Below are positions 19,831-28,137 of a DNA stretch of 64,000 nucleotides, piece by piece. Under the pieces are notes generated by a model. It did no database searches, had not been told where the DNA came from, and saw only the letters and a list, made by a program, of their open reading frames with translations. The position numbers and the translations under genes were made by a program. Location: positions 146,984 to 210,983 of the IMG/VR virus record IMGVR_UViG_3300037087_000760; one strand, given 5' to 3'. Each line of letters starts with the position of its first letter. Positions within the stretch are counted from its first letter, which is position 1.

Positions 19831-20121
19831 ATGAGAAATTACAAATTAGAAAAATTACAAGCCGGAGAAAGTTTCGTTACCAGTGAAAAAGGTAATTCCA
19901 TGTCACCAATTATTAAGTCGGGACAAAAACATAAACTTGTTCCCGCCACTTGGAGAGATGTAGATGTAGATGATATAGTCTATTGTAAAGTCAAAGGAAA
20001 CTTCTACACTCACCTTGTAAAAGCAAAAAATGAAGATAAGGGTTGCTTAATAGGTAACAACAAAGGTGGAGTTAACGGATGGACTAAACAAGTCTATGGT
20101 AAGGTTGTAAAAATCCTTTAA
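19831..20121 (+). CDS. S24/S26 peptidase-like small protein
   Basis: GNSMSPII, DIVYC, THLV. Confidence 0.55.
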   Translation: MRNYKLEKLQAGESFVTSEKGNSMSPIIKSGQKHKLVPATWRDVDVDDIVYCKVKGNFYTHLVKAKNEDKGCLIGNNKGGVNGWTKQVYGKVVKIL

Positions 20122-21377
20122 ATATAAATATTCAGAATTTCATTCAGTTTAATTTTGGTTTCCTCATTCAGTGATTTCCCCTTATTTTCATTATACAGAA
20201 TCATAAAGGAACTTACCACTTTATTGAATTTGAAACTATCCGTATAACCAAATACAGTTTCCTTAAACTTTTCAATATCAACAGTTTCCTTACCAGTTCT
20301 TGACATCCATTCATCCCATTTTTTGAAGAATCTGATGATACCATTGATGTTCTGGTCTGACCATTGACCACCATCGAAATAATGTCCGATGAACATCAGA
20401 TAAAACCTCAGAACCTTTGGATCATAGTTATCTGGATTAACAATATTTCCTTTACTTTTGGCCATCTTGATTCCATTATTCAGAATCATTCCCTGATGCA
20501 CCACTTTTTTAAAAGGTTCTTCCTCACTGATCATCCCAATATCATACAGGAACATATTAATAAAACGAGCATATATCAGGTGCATGCAAGCGTGTTCACT
20601 TCCCCCGATGTACAGATCAACTTGTTTATATTTATCTTTACTACACAGTTCATTTTCGTTGTACGAATCACAATAACGGATAAAATAGAAACTACTATCT
20701 ACGAAAGTATCCAGAGTATCAGTCTCACCTTCAATTGGAATAGGACATCCCCAACTTCTTTGTCTACTGACACACCAATCATGTTGATTCTCCAGCCAAT
20801 CTCTTTGAGAATTGATTGTTTTCTTTGGGTAATCAATCCAATCCAGATTTTTTATCAGTCGGTCTTTATATTCGGTGATTTTAAAATACCATTGTTCCAT
20901 TTGACGAATTTCAATGGTCGTATTACATCTATCACATTTACCATCTTTGACCTGTTCACGAGCCAGAACAGTTCCACAACTTGGACACCAATTTACTTCA
21001 CCCCAAGCTTTGTAAGCCAGTCCATGTTCTTTCAGTTTGATAAATATCCATTGTGTCCACTTCTGGTAAGATGGATCTGAAGTAATTACTTTTTCTTCAA
21101 AAGAAGTGTCCATTCTTTCCATCTGTTTACGGAAATTCTCAATGTTTTCATAGGTAACTTCTCTGGGATCTCTATTGACTGATTTGGCGTAATTTTCAGC
21201 TGGAAGTCCAAAGGAATCATACCCAAACGGTTGAAAAACTTTAACTCCTTTATATCTTTGGTATCGACAATAACTGTCTACGATAGCGTAATTATAATAA
21301 TGTCCGATGTGCAGTCCGTTTCCGCTCGGATAAGGAAACATGACAACCACCATTTTTTCATTTTTTATGTCGTTCAT
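20118..21377 (-). CDS. leuS: Minimal leucyl-tRNA synthetase (no CP1 editing or C-terminal domain)
   Basis: MFPYPSG.GLHIGH, GYDSFGLPAEN, DWCVSRQRSWG, DTFVDSS, GGSEHA..HL, KMAKSKGN; only 419 aa. Confidence 0.92.
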   Translation of the reverse strand: MNDIKNEKMVVVMFPYPSGNGLHIGHYYNYAIVDSYCRYQRYKGVKVFQPFGYDSFGLPAENYAKSVNRDPREVTYENIENFRKQMERMDTSFEEKVITSDPSYQKWTQWIFIKLKEHGLAYKAWGEVNWCPSCGTVLAREQVKDGKCDRCNTTIEIRQMEQWYFKITEYKDRLIKNLDWIDYPKKTINSQRDWLENQHDWCVSRQRSWGCPIPIEGETDTLDTFVDSSFYFIRYCDSYNENELCSKDKYKQVDLYIGGSEHACMHLIYARFINMFLYDIGMISEEEPFKKVVHQGMILNNGIKMAKSKGNIVNPDNYDPKVLRFYLMFIGHYFDGGQWSDQNINGIIRFFKKWDEWMSRTGKETVDIEKFKETVFGYTDSFKFNKVVSSFMILYNENKGKSLNEETKIKLNEILNIYI

Positions 21378-22137
21378 TGTCTTTTAATTTGTTTGAGAAA
21401 TGTTCAATTGAGATATTATGTTTTTTGATTGTTTTATAAATAAGACTTCTATTACTTTCGTTATATTCCATATTTAAATTTTTCATAATATCTCTATAAG
21501 ATTTTGATTTAGAAATAATCCCTTTAAAAAGATTAATATCATAATCGAAATAATCATAATTTCTTTTATTTGTGAAATCTTTCCAATCATCTTTTTCAAT
21601 TATTTCCTTATCTTCGTATCTAAAATAACACCCACCAGCCGTCCCTTTCAATTGACAACTAAATTTAATTTGTTGTCTAAAAATACCTGTTTCTCTTTCA
21701 GCTCCTCGAAGGCTAATGAATTTTTTTAAAGGAGTAAAATTTTTATCATACATTATAATTGATTTCTTATTTGGATTGGATATTTTCATTAGTTTTTTAC
21801 TTTTATCAGAATGTTTTTTTCCTGTCCAATCTACACCATCTCCACCATCTGTACTATTCTTCAATCTAAATCCCCAGCATTTAAATTGAGAAATCCAATA
21901 TCTTTCTAATGAATCAATATTATTTTTATCACCGATATCAAGTATTTCTATTATTGGTGAAAGATTTTTATTTTTGAGATATTTTAACCATTTATTTTTT
22001 CTTGTCCAAGGTTCTTGACGGATACTCCAATTTGACATATGTCCCCTCAATCTTTTTTCTAAATTTTTGGTCTTACCTACATATTTTATAATTTTATCTT
22101 CTGGGTCTGTTAATGTATAAATATAAAATTCCATCAT
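21358..22137 (-). CDS. GIY-YIG homing endonuclease with NUMOD-like repeats
   Basis: YIYTL..KYVGKT..RL..H, E.YWI, LKNSTDGGDG, KKHS. Confidence 0.88.
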   Translation of the reverse strand: MMEFYIYTLTDPEDKIIKYVGKTKNLEKRLRGHMSNWSIRQEPWTRKNKWLKYLKNKNLSPIIEILDIGDKNNIDSLERYWISQFKCWGFRLKNSTDGGDGVDWTGKKHSDKSKKLMKISNPNKKSIIMYDKNFTPLKKFISLRGAERETGIFRQQIKFSCQLKGTAGGCYFRYEDKEIIEKDDWKDFTNKRNYDYFDYDINLFKGIISKSKSYRDIMKNLNMEYNESNRSLIYKTIKKHNISIEHFSNKLKDNERHKK

Positions 22138-22186
22138 AGATTTTTATTTCTATATATAAAAATTTATGTGTAATGTTTCATAGTTG

Positions 22187-22260
22187 TAACCCCACCCGGA
22201 CTTGAACCGAGATATTTAGTTTCTAAAACTAACGCCGCTAACCAATTAGGCCATGGGGTC
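22187..22260 (-). tRNA. tRNA-Leu(TAG), short variable loop (atypical)
   Basis: 74 nt, TTAGT-TTTAGAA-ACTAA, A73. Confidence 0.85.
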
Positions 22261-22270
22261 ATTATTTTAG

Positions 22271-22344
22271 TAGTTCTGTTCGGACTTGAACCGAAATATT
22301 TGGTTTTTGAAACCAACGCCGCTAACCAATTAGGCCACAGAACC
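22271..22344 (-). tRNA. tRNA-Leu(CAA), short variable loop (atypical)
   Basis: 74 nt, TTGGT-TTCAAAA-ACCAA, A73. Confidence 0.85.
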
Positions 22345-22349
22345 TTTTG

Positions 22350-22434
22350 TATCGATGGTGGGACTCGAACCCACACCCTCGTAATGAGGAACGGCTTCTG
22401 AGGCCGTCGCGTCTACCAATTCCGCCACACCGAC
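22350..22434 (-). tRNA. tRNA-Leu(CAG)
   Basis: Class II cloverleaf. Confidence 0.93.
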
Positions 22435-22486
22435 AAATTTCAAATATTTACCAGTTTTTTGAAAAACTGTTCAAAATTTGATTTTG

Positions 22487-22560
22487 TAGCACCTGTCGGA
22501 TTCGAACCGACAAACTTGGATTTTAAGACCAATATGGTTGCTCTATTACATCAAGGTGCC
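22487..22560 (-). tRNA. tRNA-Leu(TAA), short variable loop (atypical)
   Basis: 74 nt, loop CTTAAAA, A73. Confidence 0.8.
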
Positions 22561-22565
22561 ATTTG

Positions 22566-22649
22566 TAGCCTCTGTGGGAATCGAACCCACACGGTCTTTC
22601 GACCACTGGATTTTGAGTCCAGAGCGTCTACCAATTCCGCCAAGAGGCC
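22566..22649 (-). tRNA. tRNA-Leu(CAA)
   Basis: Class II cloverleaf. Confidence 0.93.
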
Positions 22650-22654
22650 ATTTG

Positions 22655-22739
22655 TGGGAGTTGATGGAGTTGCACCACCCGAGCCCTGAGGACAACAGAT
22701 TTACAGTCTGCCCCGCTACTACTTACGGAATAAACTCCC
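22655..22739 (-). tRNA. tRNA-Tyr(GTA)
   Basis: Class II cloverleaf, loop CTGTAAA. Confidence 0.88.
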
Positions 22740-22743
22740 AAAG

Positions 22744-22828
22744 TGACCAAGGTGGGATTCGAACCCACACGGGCGTAAAGCCCAACGGATTTTAAGTCCG
22801 TCGCGTCTACCAGTTCCGCCACAAGGCC
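22744..22828 (-). tRNA. tRNA-Leu(TAA), two U-U mismatches in acceptor stem
   Basis: Class II cloverleaf. Confidence 0.85.
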
Positions 22829-22836
22829 AATTTCAG

Positions 22837-22918
22837 TGTCCATAGGGGGACTCGAACCCCCACGCCTTTCGACAATAGTTTCTTAGGCTATCGCGTCTAC
22901 CAGTTCCGCCATACGGAC
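22837..22918 (-). tRNA. tRNA-Leu(AAG)
   Basis: Class II cloverleaf, loop CTAAGAA. Confidence 0.88.
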
Positions 22919-22935
22919 AATTTCAAAGAACTCAG

Positions 22936-23007
22936 TGGGAATAGAAGGATTCGAACCTACAAATCACGATTTTACAGACCGCTGAGCGACCACTGCTCAA
23001 TATTCCC
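22936..23007 (-). tRNA. tRNA-Tyr(GTA), short variable loop (atypical)
   Basis: 72 nt, GCGGT-CTGTAAA-ATCGT. Confidence 0.82.
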
Positions 23008-23012
23008 GTTTG

Positions 23013-23085
23013 TGGAAGTACAAGGATTCGAACCTCGAATACACGGTGTTACAAGCCGCTGAGCGACCATCCGCTCACTACTTCC
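23013..23085 (-). tRNA. tRNA-Tyr(GTA), short variable loop (atypical)
   Basis: 73 nt, loop TTGTAAC. Confidence 0.8.
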
Positions 23086-23086
23086 T

Positions 23087-23242
23087 TGGTGGGGGTGGAT
23101 GGAATTTCACACATCGGATGATAAGTTTACAGCTTACGAAGTAACTGTTTTACATCACTACAATTGATTGGCCTTCGATAAAGGAAACAGTCCAATTCAG
23201 AATCCTTATCAATCGAGATACTTTGGTACAGTAATCACCCCC
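23087..23242 (-). ncRNA. tRNA-Tyr(GTA) mimic with D arm replaced by a 100-nt stem
   Basis: GGGGGTG/CACCCCC-A-CCA, TAAG-CTGTAAA-CTTA; shares TGTAGT..GTTACTTCG and TATCTC with 9451-9580. Confidence 0.7.
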
Positions 23243-23274
23243 TTTTATTTTCAATATGTTTAAGAACATGCAAC

Positions 23275-23304
23275 AAAAAACCCATCACTTTTTCAAGGAC
23301 GGGT
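23275..23304 (-). terminator. Intrinsic terminator of Leu/Tyr attenuator
   Basis: ACCCGTC-loop-GATGGGT-TTTTT on - strand; 5' arm also pairs with AGGATGGGTT in leader. Confidence 0.85.
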
Positions 23305-23333
23305 CTTTCTGATTCTATGATAATATTTAAAGT

Positions 23334-23420
23334 TTATCTTTCAGCAATACTAACCCATCCTCGATTTTGATAGAGGTATAAATACAAATAATATAGGTTA
23401 ATATTTACTCTGTTTTTCAT
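23334..23420 (-). CDS. Putative attenuator leader peptide MKNRVNINLYYLYLYLYQNRGWVSIAER (28 aa, not in ORF track)
   Basis: Nine consecutive Leu/Tyr codons CTA TAT TAT TTG TAT TTA TAC CTC TAT upstream of a Leu/Tyr-only tRNA operon. Confidence 0.85.
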   Translation of the reverse strand: MKNRVNINLYYLYLYLYQNRGWVSIAER

Positions 23421-23440
23421 AACTTTTATTCTTTCTGAAA

Positions 23441-23478
23441 ATTATATATTAAATAATTTTAGTCTGTTTTTTCTATTT
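23441..23478 (-). promoter_or_regulatory. Extended promoter of the Leu/Tyr tRNA operon
   Basis: AAATAGAAAAAACAGACT-N10-AATATATAAT. Confidence 0.75.
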
Positions 23479-23516
23479 ATACGACAAAGGTATGTAAAAG
23501 TTTTAAAATAAAAAAA

Positions 23517-24113
23517 TTATTTTGAAGTTTTCTTGAAATAGTCTATCACTTCTTTGAATTTAACATCAGATTTTATTTCATTAAAATCTAAATCATAGAT
23601 GTCATATACATATTCTTTTGTGTTGTTTTGGTCTACATATATATAAACTATAAACTTGGGATTAACAAGTCTAACATCGAATATGACCTGTGATTCTTTA
23701 TCTTGATCGTTATAGGATTTTATTGCCTCTGGTGAAGTGAATACTAATCCATATCTACCATAAGAACCCAGATTCTTAGTGTATCTACTGTCCATTTTCT
23801 TAGTAGTACAATCCCAAGCCACACTGAAATTACCTGATTGTACTTCTTTCATTCCTGTTTTGGTTTTAGTCAGGGATGAATACCAAGAACCGATACCTCT
23901 GAATCCTGTTTTAAGGATTCCCTCGATATTTTCTTTTTTGGTAAAGTGTATAATGGGTGAATCGGATGGTAATTTTTTAGAACCTATCCAAGAAAATCCT
24001 CTTTGTGGTCTTTTATTCTCAAAAGAAAGGATACAATTATGAAAATCATCGATTGTTTCGATTCTTTGGATGACTTCCTTATTCTTTCTGGTAAACTCAG
24101 TGAAATTATCCAT
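23517..24113 (-). CDS. Tagged protein, ADP-ribosyltransferase-like fold
   Basis: MDNFTEF start; IIHFT..IEGILKTGF..ESQVIF. Confidence 0.5.
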   Translation of the reverse strand: MDNFTEFTRKNKEVIQRIETIDDFHNCILSFENKRPQRGFSWIGSKKLPSDSPIIHFTKKENIEGILKTGFRGIGSWYSSLTKTKTGMKEVQSGNFSVAWDCTTKKMDSRYTKNLGSYGRYGLVFTSPEAIKSYNDQDKESQVIFDVRLVNPKFIVYIYVDQNNTKEYVYDIYDLDFNEIKSDVKFKEVIDYFKKTSK

Positions 24114-24564
24114 ATACTGAAGGTTCATTTTCAGTATATATTAAATCAAATTGAATGGTTTATTTTCAATTTCCTTATACCATTCGAGTATTATTTCAGC
24201 GTTTCTTTTATTAGAATATCCTTCAAAACTATCAGCTATCTTCCATGAATAACCAGCAGCACCGCCCGAAAGAATAGTTCGCCATCTCCATCTTATTTTT
24301 ATCTGAGGATAAAACATACCACCTTTCTCACGGATTCTACTTTTTCTCATAATTAATTTTTTGAGGCCTGATCATTCTCCATATTTTTTTTAAGACTTGG
24401 AATGAGAACATCTTTGGTGAATTCTCGTACCTTATCGGCCAATAACCCGGCTTGTCCAGAAAGAATTGAACCACCCAAAGAATGAATAACGATCAAAAAA
24501 TTAGGATCATTATATTTTTTCTCCAGTTCTTCCAAGTCTTGAATAATAAATTTTTCCTGATCTG

Positions 24565-25050
24565 TCATGATTTCCAATTTTTGAATGGGATTTTAGCTAA
24601 ATTACAATTATAATATTTACTATCCCCTGTAACTTCTTCTTTAATCCAATCTGGTTTTTCAAATGATTCATTTTCAGAATCCAGTTCAATCTCAGCTACT
24701 ATTAATCCACCGTTATGTCCAAAAAACACATCAACTTCCCAAGTATGTCCTTTGTATGGAATGATGTATCTCGATTTGACAATGAAATTTTTCTCACAAT
24801 AGTCTACGATAAGATCAACGGCATCCCCAAAAGGAATTTCATATTCATATTCTTTTCGTGATATAAGTCCAGATCCTTTGACAGTCATGAATCCTTTCTT
24901 TCCAAAAGTTCTAATTCGAACTAATTTTTCATTATCTTCGAACATGAAACCTTGACGAACCTCCACAGATTTATATTTATCTTTAATCTGTAAAAACTTT
25001 TCTTCGTCAACAAGAAATTTTCTTTCGATTTCTAAATTTTTATTTTTCAT
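24565..25050 (-). CDS. CYTH domain protein
   Basis: EIERKFLV, VRIR, EYEYEI, WEVDVF, VAEIEL, EVTGD. Confidence 0.93.
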   Translation of the reverse strand: MKNKNLEIERKFLVDEEKFLQIKDKYKSVEVRQGFMFEDNEKLVRIRTFGKKGFMTVKGSGLISRKEYEYEIPFGDAVDLIVDYCEKNFIVKSRYIIPYKGHTWEVDVFFGHNGGLIVAEIELDSENESFEKPDWIKEEVTGDSKYYNCNLAKIPFKNWKS

Positions 25051-25455
25051 AATCTGTCGAGCTCATCTTCTAAGAAAGAGATTGATCCATATAATACTCC
25101 GAGTAAAGTGGAATTTAAAATAAAGGCCCTTTGTTCTGATTTACTTCCGTGTTTAACTGGTGTAATTTTTCTACGAATTAATTCCTTTTTTTCATCGATA
25201 TAATCAGAATATGAATAAATATCATATTTTTTAAATTTATTCAGAATATATGATGACGATGATTGATCTCTTATAGTGGATGATAGGAAGAAATCAAGAA
25301 TTTCTAAATCAATTGATTTTTCGATTCCATGTTCCAAACGGCTTCTAATAATCTTTAAACCTTCAACAGTAAGATTAGGATTTTCATCTTTTCCAAGATG
25401 TCTATCGGTATCTTCGTGTTTTTTCGAAGAAAAACATTTTAAAATTGACATAGTA

Positions 25456-26301
25456 TTAATCAATAAAAGCGTTGATAGTATTATTTGAATTGTTTTCAGT
25501 AGAGAGATGAATTTCGTGCCATCCGATAAGTTCGATTGTATGATGATCAGGATGTTTTACTTTACCACGACCAAGAACCCTTGCTCCACTAACTCTTTGG
25601 GTGTATCCTATACGATCAAATGGTTTAAGTTTGTTGTATTGGAGTACGGAAATAATCGAATCCCCTTTAACATAGACTGTTTCACCACCAGAACGAACAA
25701 CTTCAGCTACATAGTGAGGTTTTCCACCAGTAGGTCTTGAAATAGGTTCATTTTTATGAATGATAGTGTTTTTATCGGGTTCGAAATGTACAGGAACGAA
25801 AAACCATTCACCCTGACGGACAAATCCTTTGTTTTTACGTTTTCTCCATTCTTTGGTTTTAACACCTTTCTGTTGCATTGCCACGGTTACGGCTTTTGGA
25901 CGAAGTAAGGAGAAAGCTTCACGAATATTTTTAGCCACGGTAACACCTGCGACAAACCAGTGCATTTCATCACGACCAACCAGAAGTCTTTCGGTTGTCG
26001 TATCACCATGTTTGAAATCTTTTACTCTTTCAGTGATCATATGACCACCAGACCATCTTTGATTCATTCTTGGTGAACGAACAAGAAGTAACATTTGTCT
26101 TAATTTCGGATCGTAATCGAGAACATTGATATTAATTTCGGAATCATCAATATCGGGATGAATAGTGAGAGTAAAATGTTCACCTTGTTTATCGGTGGCA
26201 ACATTTAATCTCAGAATACCACCTCTTGGTGAAGTACCTTTGCGGATGGTGATTCTTGCTCCCATCTTCTCGAATTGTTTTTCTAACCAATTTCTTTCCA
26301 T
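25456..26301 (-). CDS. Conserved-looking phage hypothetical protein
   Basis: 281-aa ORF with RQGEWFFVP and HPDH motifs; host-type promoter upstream. Confidence 0.6.
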   Translation of the reverse strand: MERNWLEKQFEKMGARITIRKGTSPRGGILRLNVATDKQGEHFTLTIHPDIDDSEININVLDYDPKLRQMLLLVRSPRMNQRWSGGHMITERVKDFKHGDTTTERLLVGRDEMHWFVAGVTVAKNIREAFSLLRPKAVTVAMQQKGVKTKEWRKRKNKGFVRQGEWFFVPVHFEPDKNTIIHKNEPISRPTGGKPHYVAEVVRSGGETVYVKGDSIISVLQYNKLKPFDRIGYTQRVSGARVLGRGKVKHPDHHTIELIGWHEIHLSTENNSNNTINAFID

Positions 26302-27174
26302 GACACTATATATTGTAACAAATTTATCTTAAATTTCCATTTTCATTTAAAAATATTTCTTTTCCATGAGTTACAAAGATAAGAAATACTTTCAAATAAA
26401 AAAATTATAAATCAACTTTTTCGAACAACTTCTTATTAAGTTCCAAAAACTTAGTTTCAAAAAGAGCCTTCACATATACTCCATCATTTTTAAGGAACAC
26501 TTCGTTTTCGAAACAAATTAATGTCGTGCCGGGTTTAGCGGTGATGTGATTTGAATCATCAACTGGTATATTAAAAAATTGAGTTGTCTTATATACCTTA
26601 ATGTCTCTTTCTGTTTTTGAAACTTTCTGTGCTTCAATTGGTCTCCTACTTTCGTTTATAAATTCCATAGGTGATTTAATATTTTTATAATCCATTCCAT
26701 ATTATTATTTTTTTGTAAGAAAGTCTACGATATCACTCACTGAGTTCTTAGCTGTTTTGTAAGCACTTTCTGAATCAAAACCTAATGACTGTATATATTC
26801 ATAATAATTGTACCTCTTTTTATTGAAGATGTACCAAAAACAAATATTAATCTTTTTCATCTATTCTATCGTTTAAAAATTTAGCTAATTTTTTAGCTTC
26901 CTCAGATTCCAAAACAATTTGATCATCATATATTCTACCAGTAAAAAGATGATAAAAAGCGTATCTGATACGACCAAAAATCAAACTCCTTATAGTCTGT
27001 TGACCATTAGTATATATGGCAATGTAAAACAATTTATCTTCTTCATCGTACTGAATTTGGATCAAATGAGTTCCACAACTACACTCTGATACATGCTTCG
27101 TTTTCATGTTGAATAAATTTTTATGGTTTTATATTATATCCTTGAATATAGTGAAATGTTTCGAAATAAAAAAT

Positions 27175-28137
27175 TTATTTGATTTCTATTTTTATGTTTG
27201 GTATGAAAATATTTACTTTATCAAGATCATCTATTAAATCTTTCTTGTATAATTTAGGATACCAATTTGAATCATATTCGATACCAATTATATATTTATT
27301 AATACCTTTTATACAATCAAAATTATTTGATGGATCATATTTCAAATTAAGTTCAGTATGAGAATTACATTCTACTCTTTCTTCAGCTTCGTGTTTAAAA
27401 TATGGATCTTTATGATATAAATGAGATCTAATTTTAAAATGATGGCTCATTCTATCACCATCGAATGTTATTTTAACTGGATGGTTATTATAATTTAGAT
27501 TTTTATTTCTCGAAAAAGATATAAAATGAAATAAGGAAATCATTCTATCATCTTTTAAAATATTCTTCAAATTATCCAAAGTTGTCCAATGATATAAGAA
27601 TCCAACCTGTTTTGACTCTTTTAATTCACAACCCCAATTATAATTTCTCTCCCTTTGATATTGTTTTATTATTTCAACTAAACTTGACCAAAAGACAACA
27701 GCTGTAGTTCCTACCCCTTCTTTAAATTTTATTGAATCGTATCCTTTCTTTTTAAGTTTGGGAACTATATGATATTCCCTATCCAATATTTCTAAAACTT
27801 TATATGGTGAAAAATAATCATAACCATAGAATCTTTGTTTCCTCATAAGATCATTTAATTCTGTTTCGGGTATAGGTAACGATCTCAATAATTTTTCATA
27901 ATTATCAATTCCTTGCTCTCCATAAGGTGTTAAATCCAATGTTTTTTCCAAGTGAAGTTTAACTACATAGATATATTTTCCATATCTTTTCGATTCCTTT
28001 TCCGTATCGGAGAAATATATTCCCATTCTACTTTTTGTAGTATCTCGTCTGGTTTTAAATGATGTAATATCATCATTATAACTTCCATGATACCAAATTT
28101 CATTATCATTATTGAATTTTTCAAAAGTGGTTAACAT
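27175..28137 (-). CDS. Tagged protein with two ART-like domains
   Basis: WYHGS..GIYFS..YG..GYDSI; LYHWT..ISFSR..EAEERV. Confidence 0.6.
   Translation of the reverse strand: MLTTFEKFNNDNEIWYHGSYNDDITSFKTRRDTTKSRMGIYFSDTEKESKRYGKYIYVVKLHLEKTLDLTPYGEQGIDNYEKLLRSLPIPETELNDLMRKQRFYGYDYFSPYKVLEILDREYHIVPKLKKKGYDSIKFKEGVGTTAVVFWSSLVEIIKQYQRERNYNWGCELKESKQVGFLYHWTTLDNLKNILKDDRMISLFHFISFSRNKNLNYNNHPVKITFDGDRMSHHFKIRSHLYHKDPYFKHEAEERVECNSHTELNLKYDPSNNFDCIKGINKYIIGIEYDSNWYPKLYKKDLIDDLDKVNIFIPNIKIEIK

Noticed and set aside
20364-21080. 238-aa + strand ORF
   Set aside because: Antisense shadow of leuS with no recognisable motifs.
22164-22843. ORFs 22164, 22459, 22538 and 22628 (also 7395 and 10550)
   Set aside because: Shadow ORFs over tRNA genes.
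23087-23242. tmRNA (GGGGGTG...CACCCCCACCA ends)
   Set aside because: Only 156 nt, G3-C70 instead of G3-U70, no tag ORF, and it has a Tyr anticodon loop.
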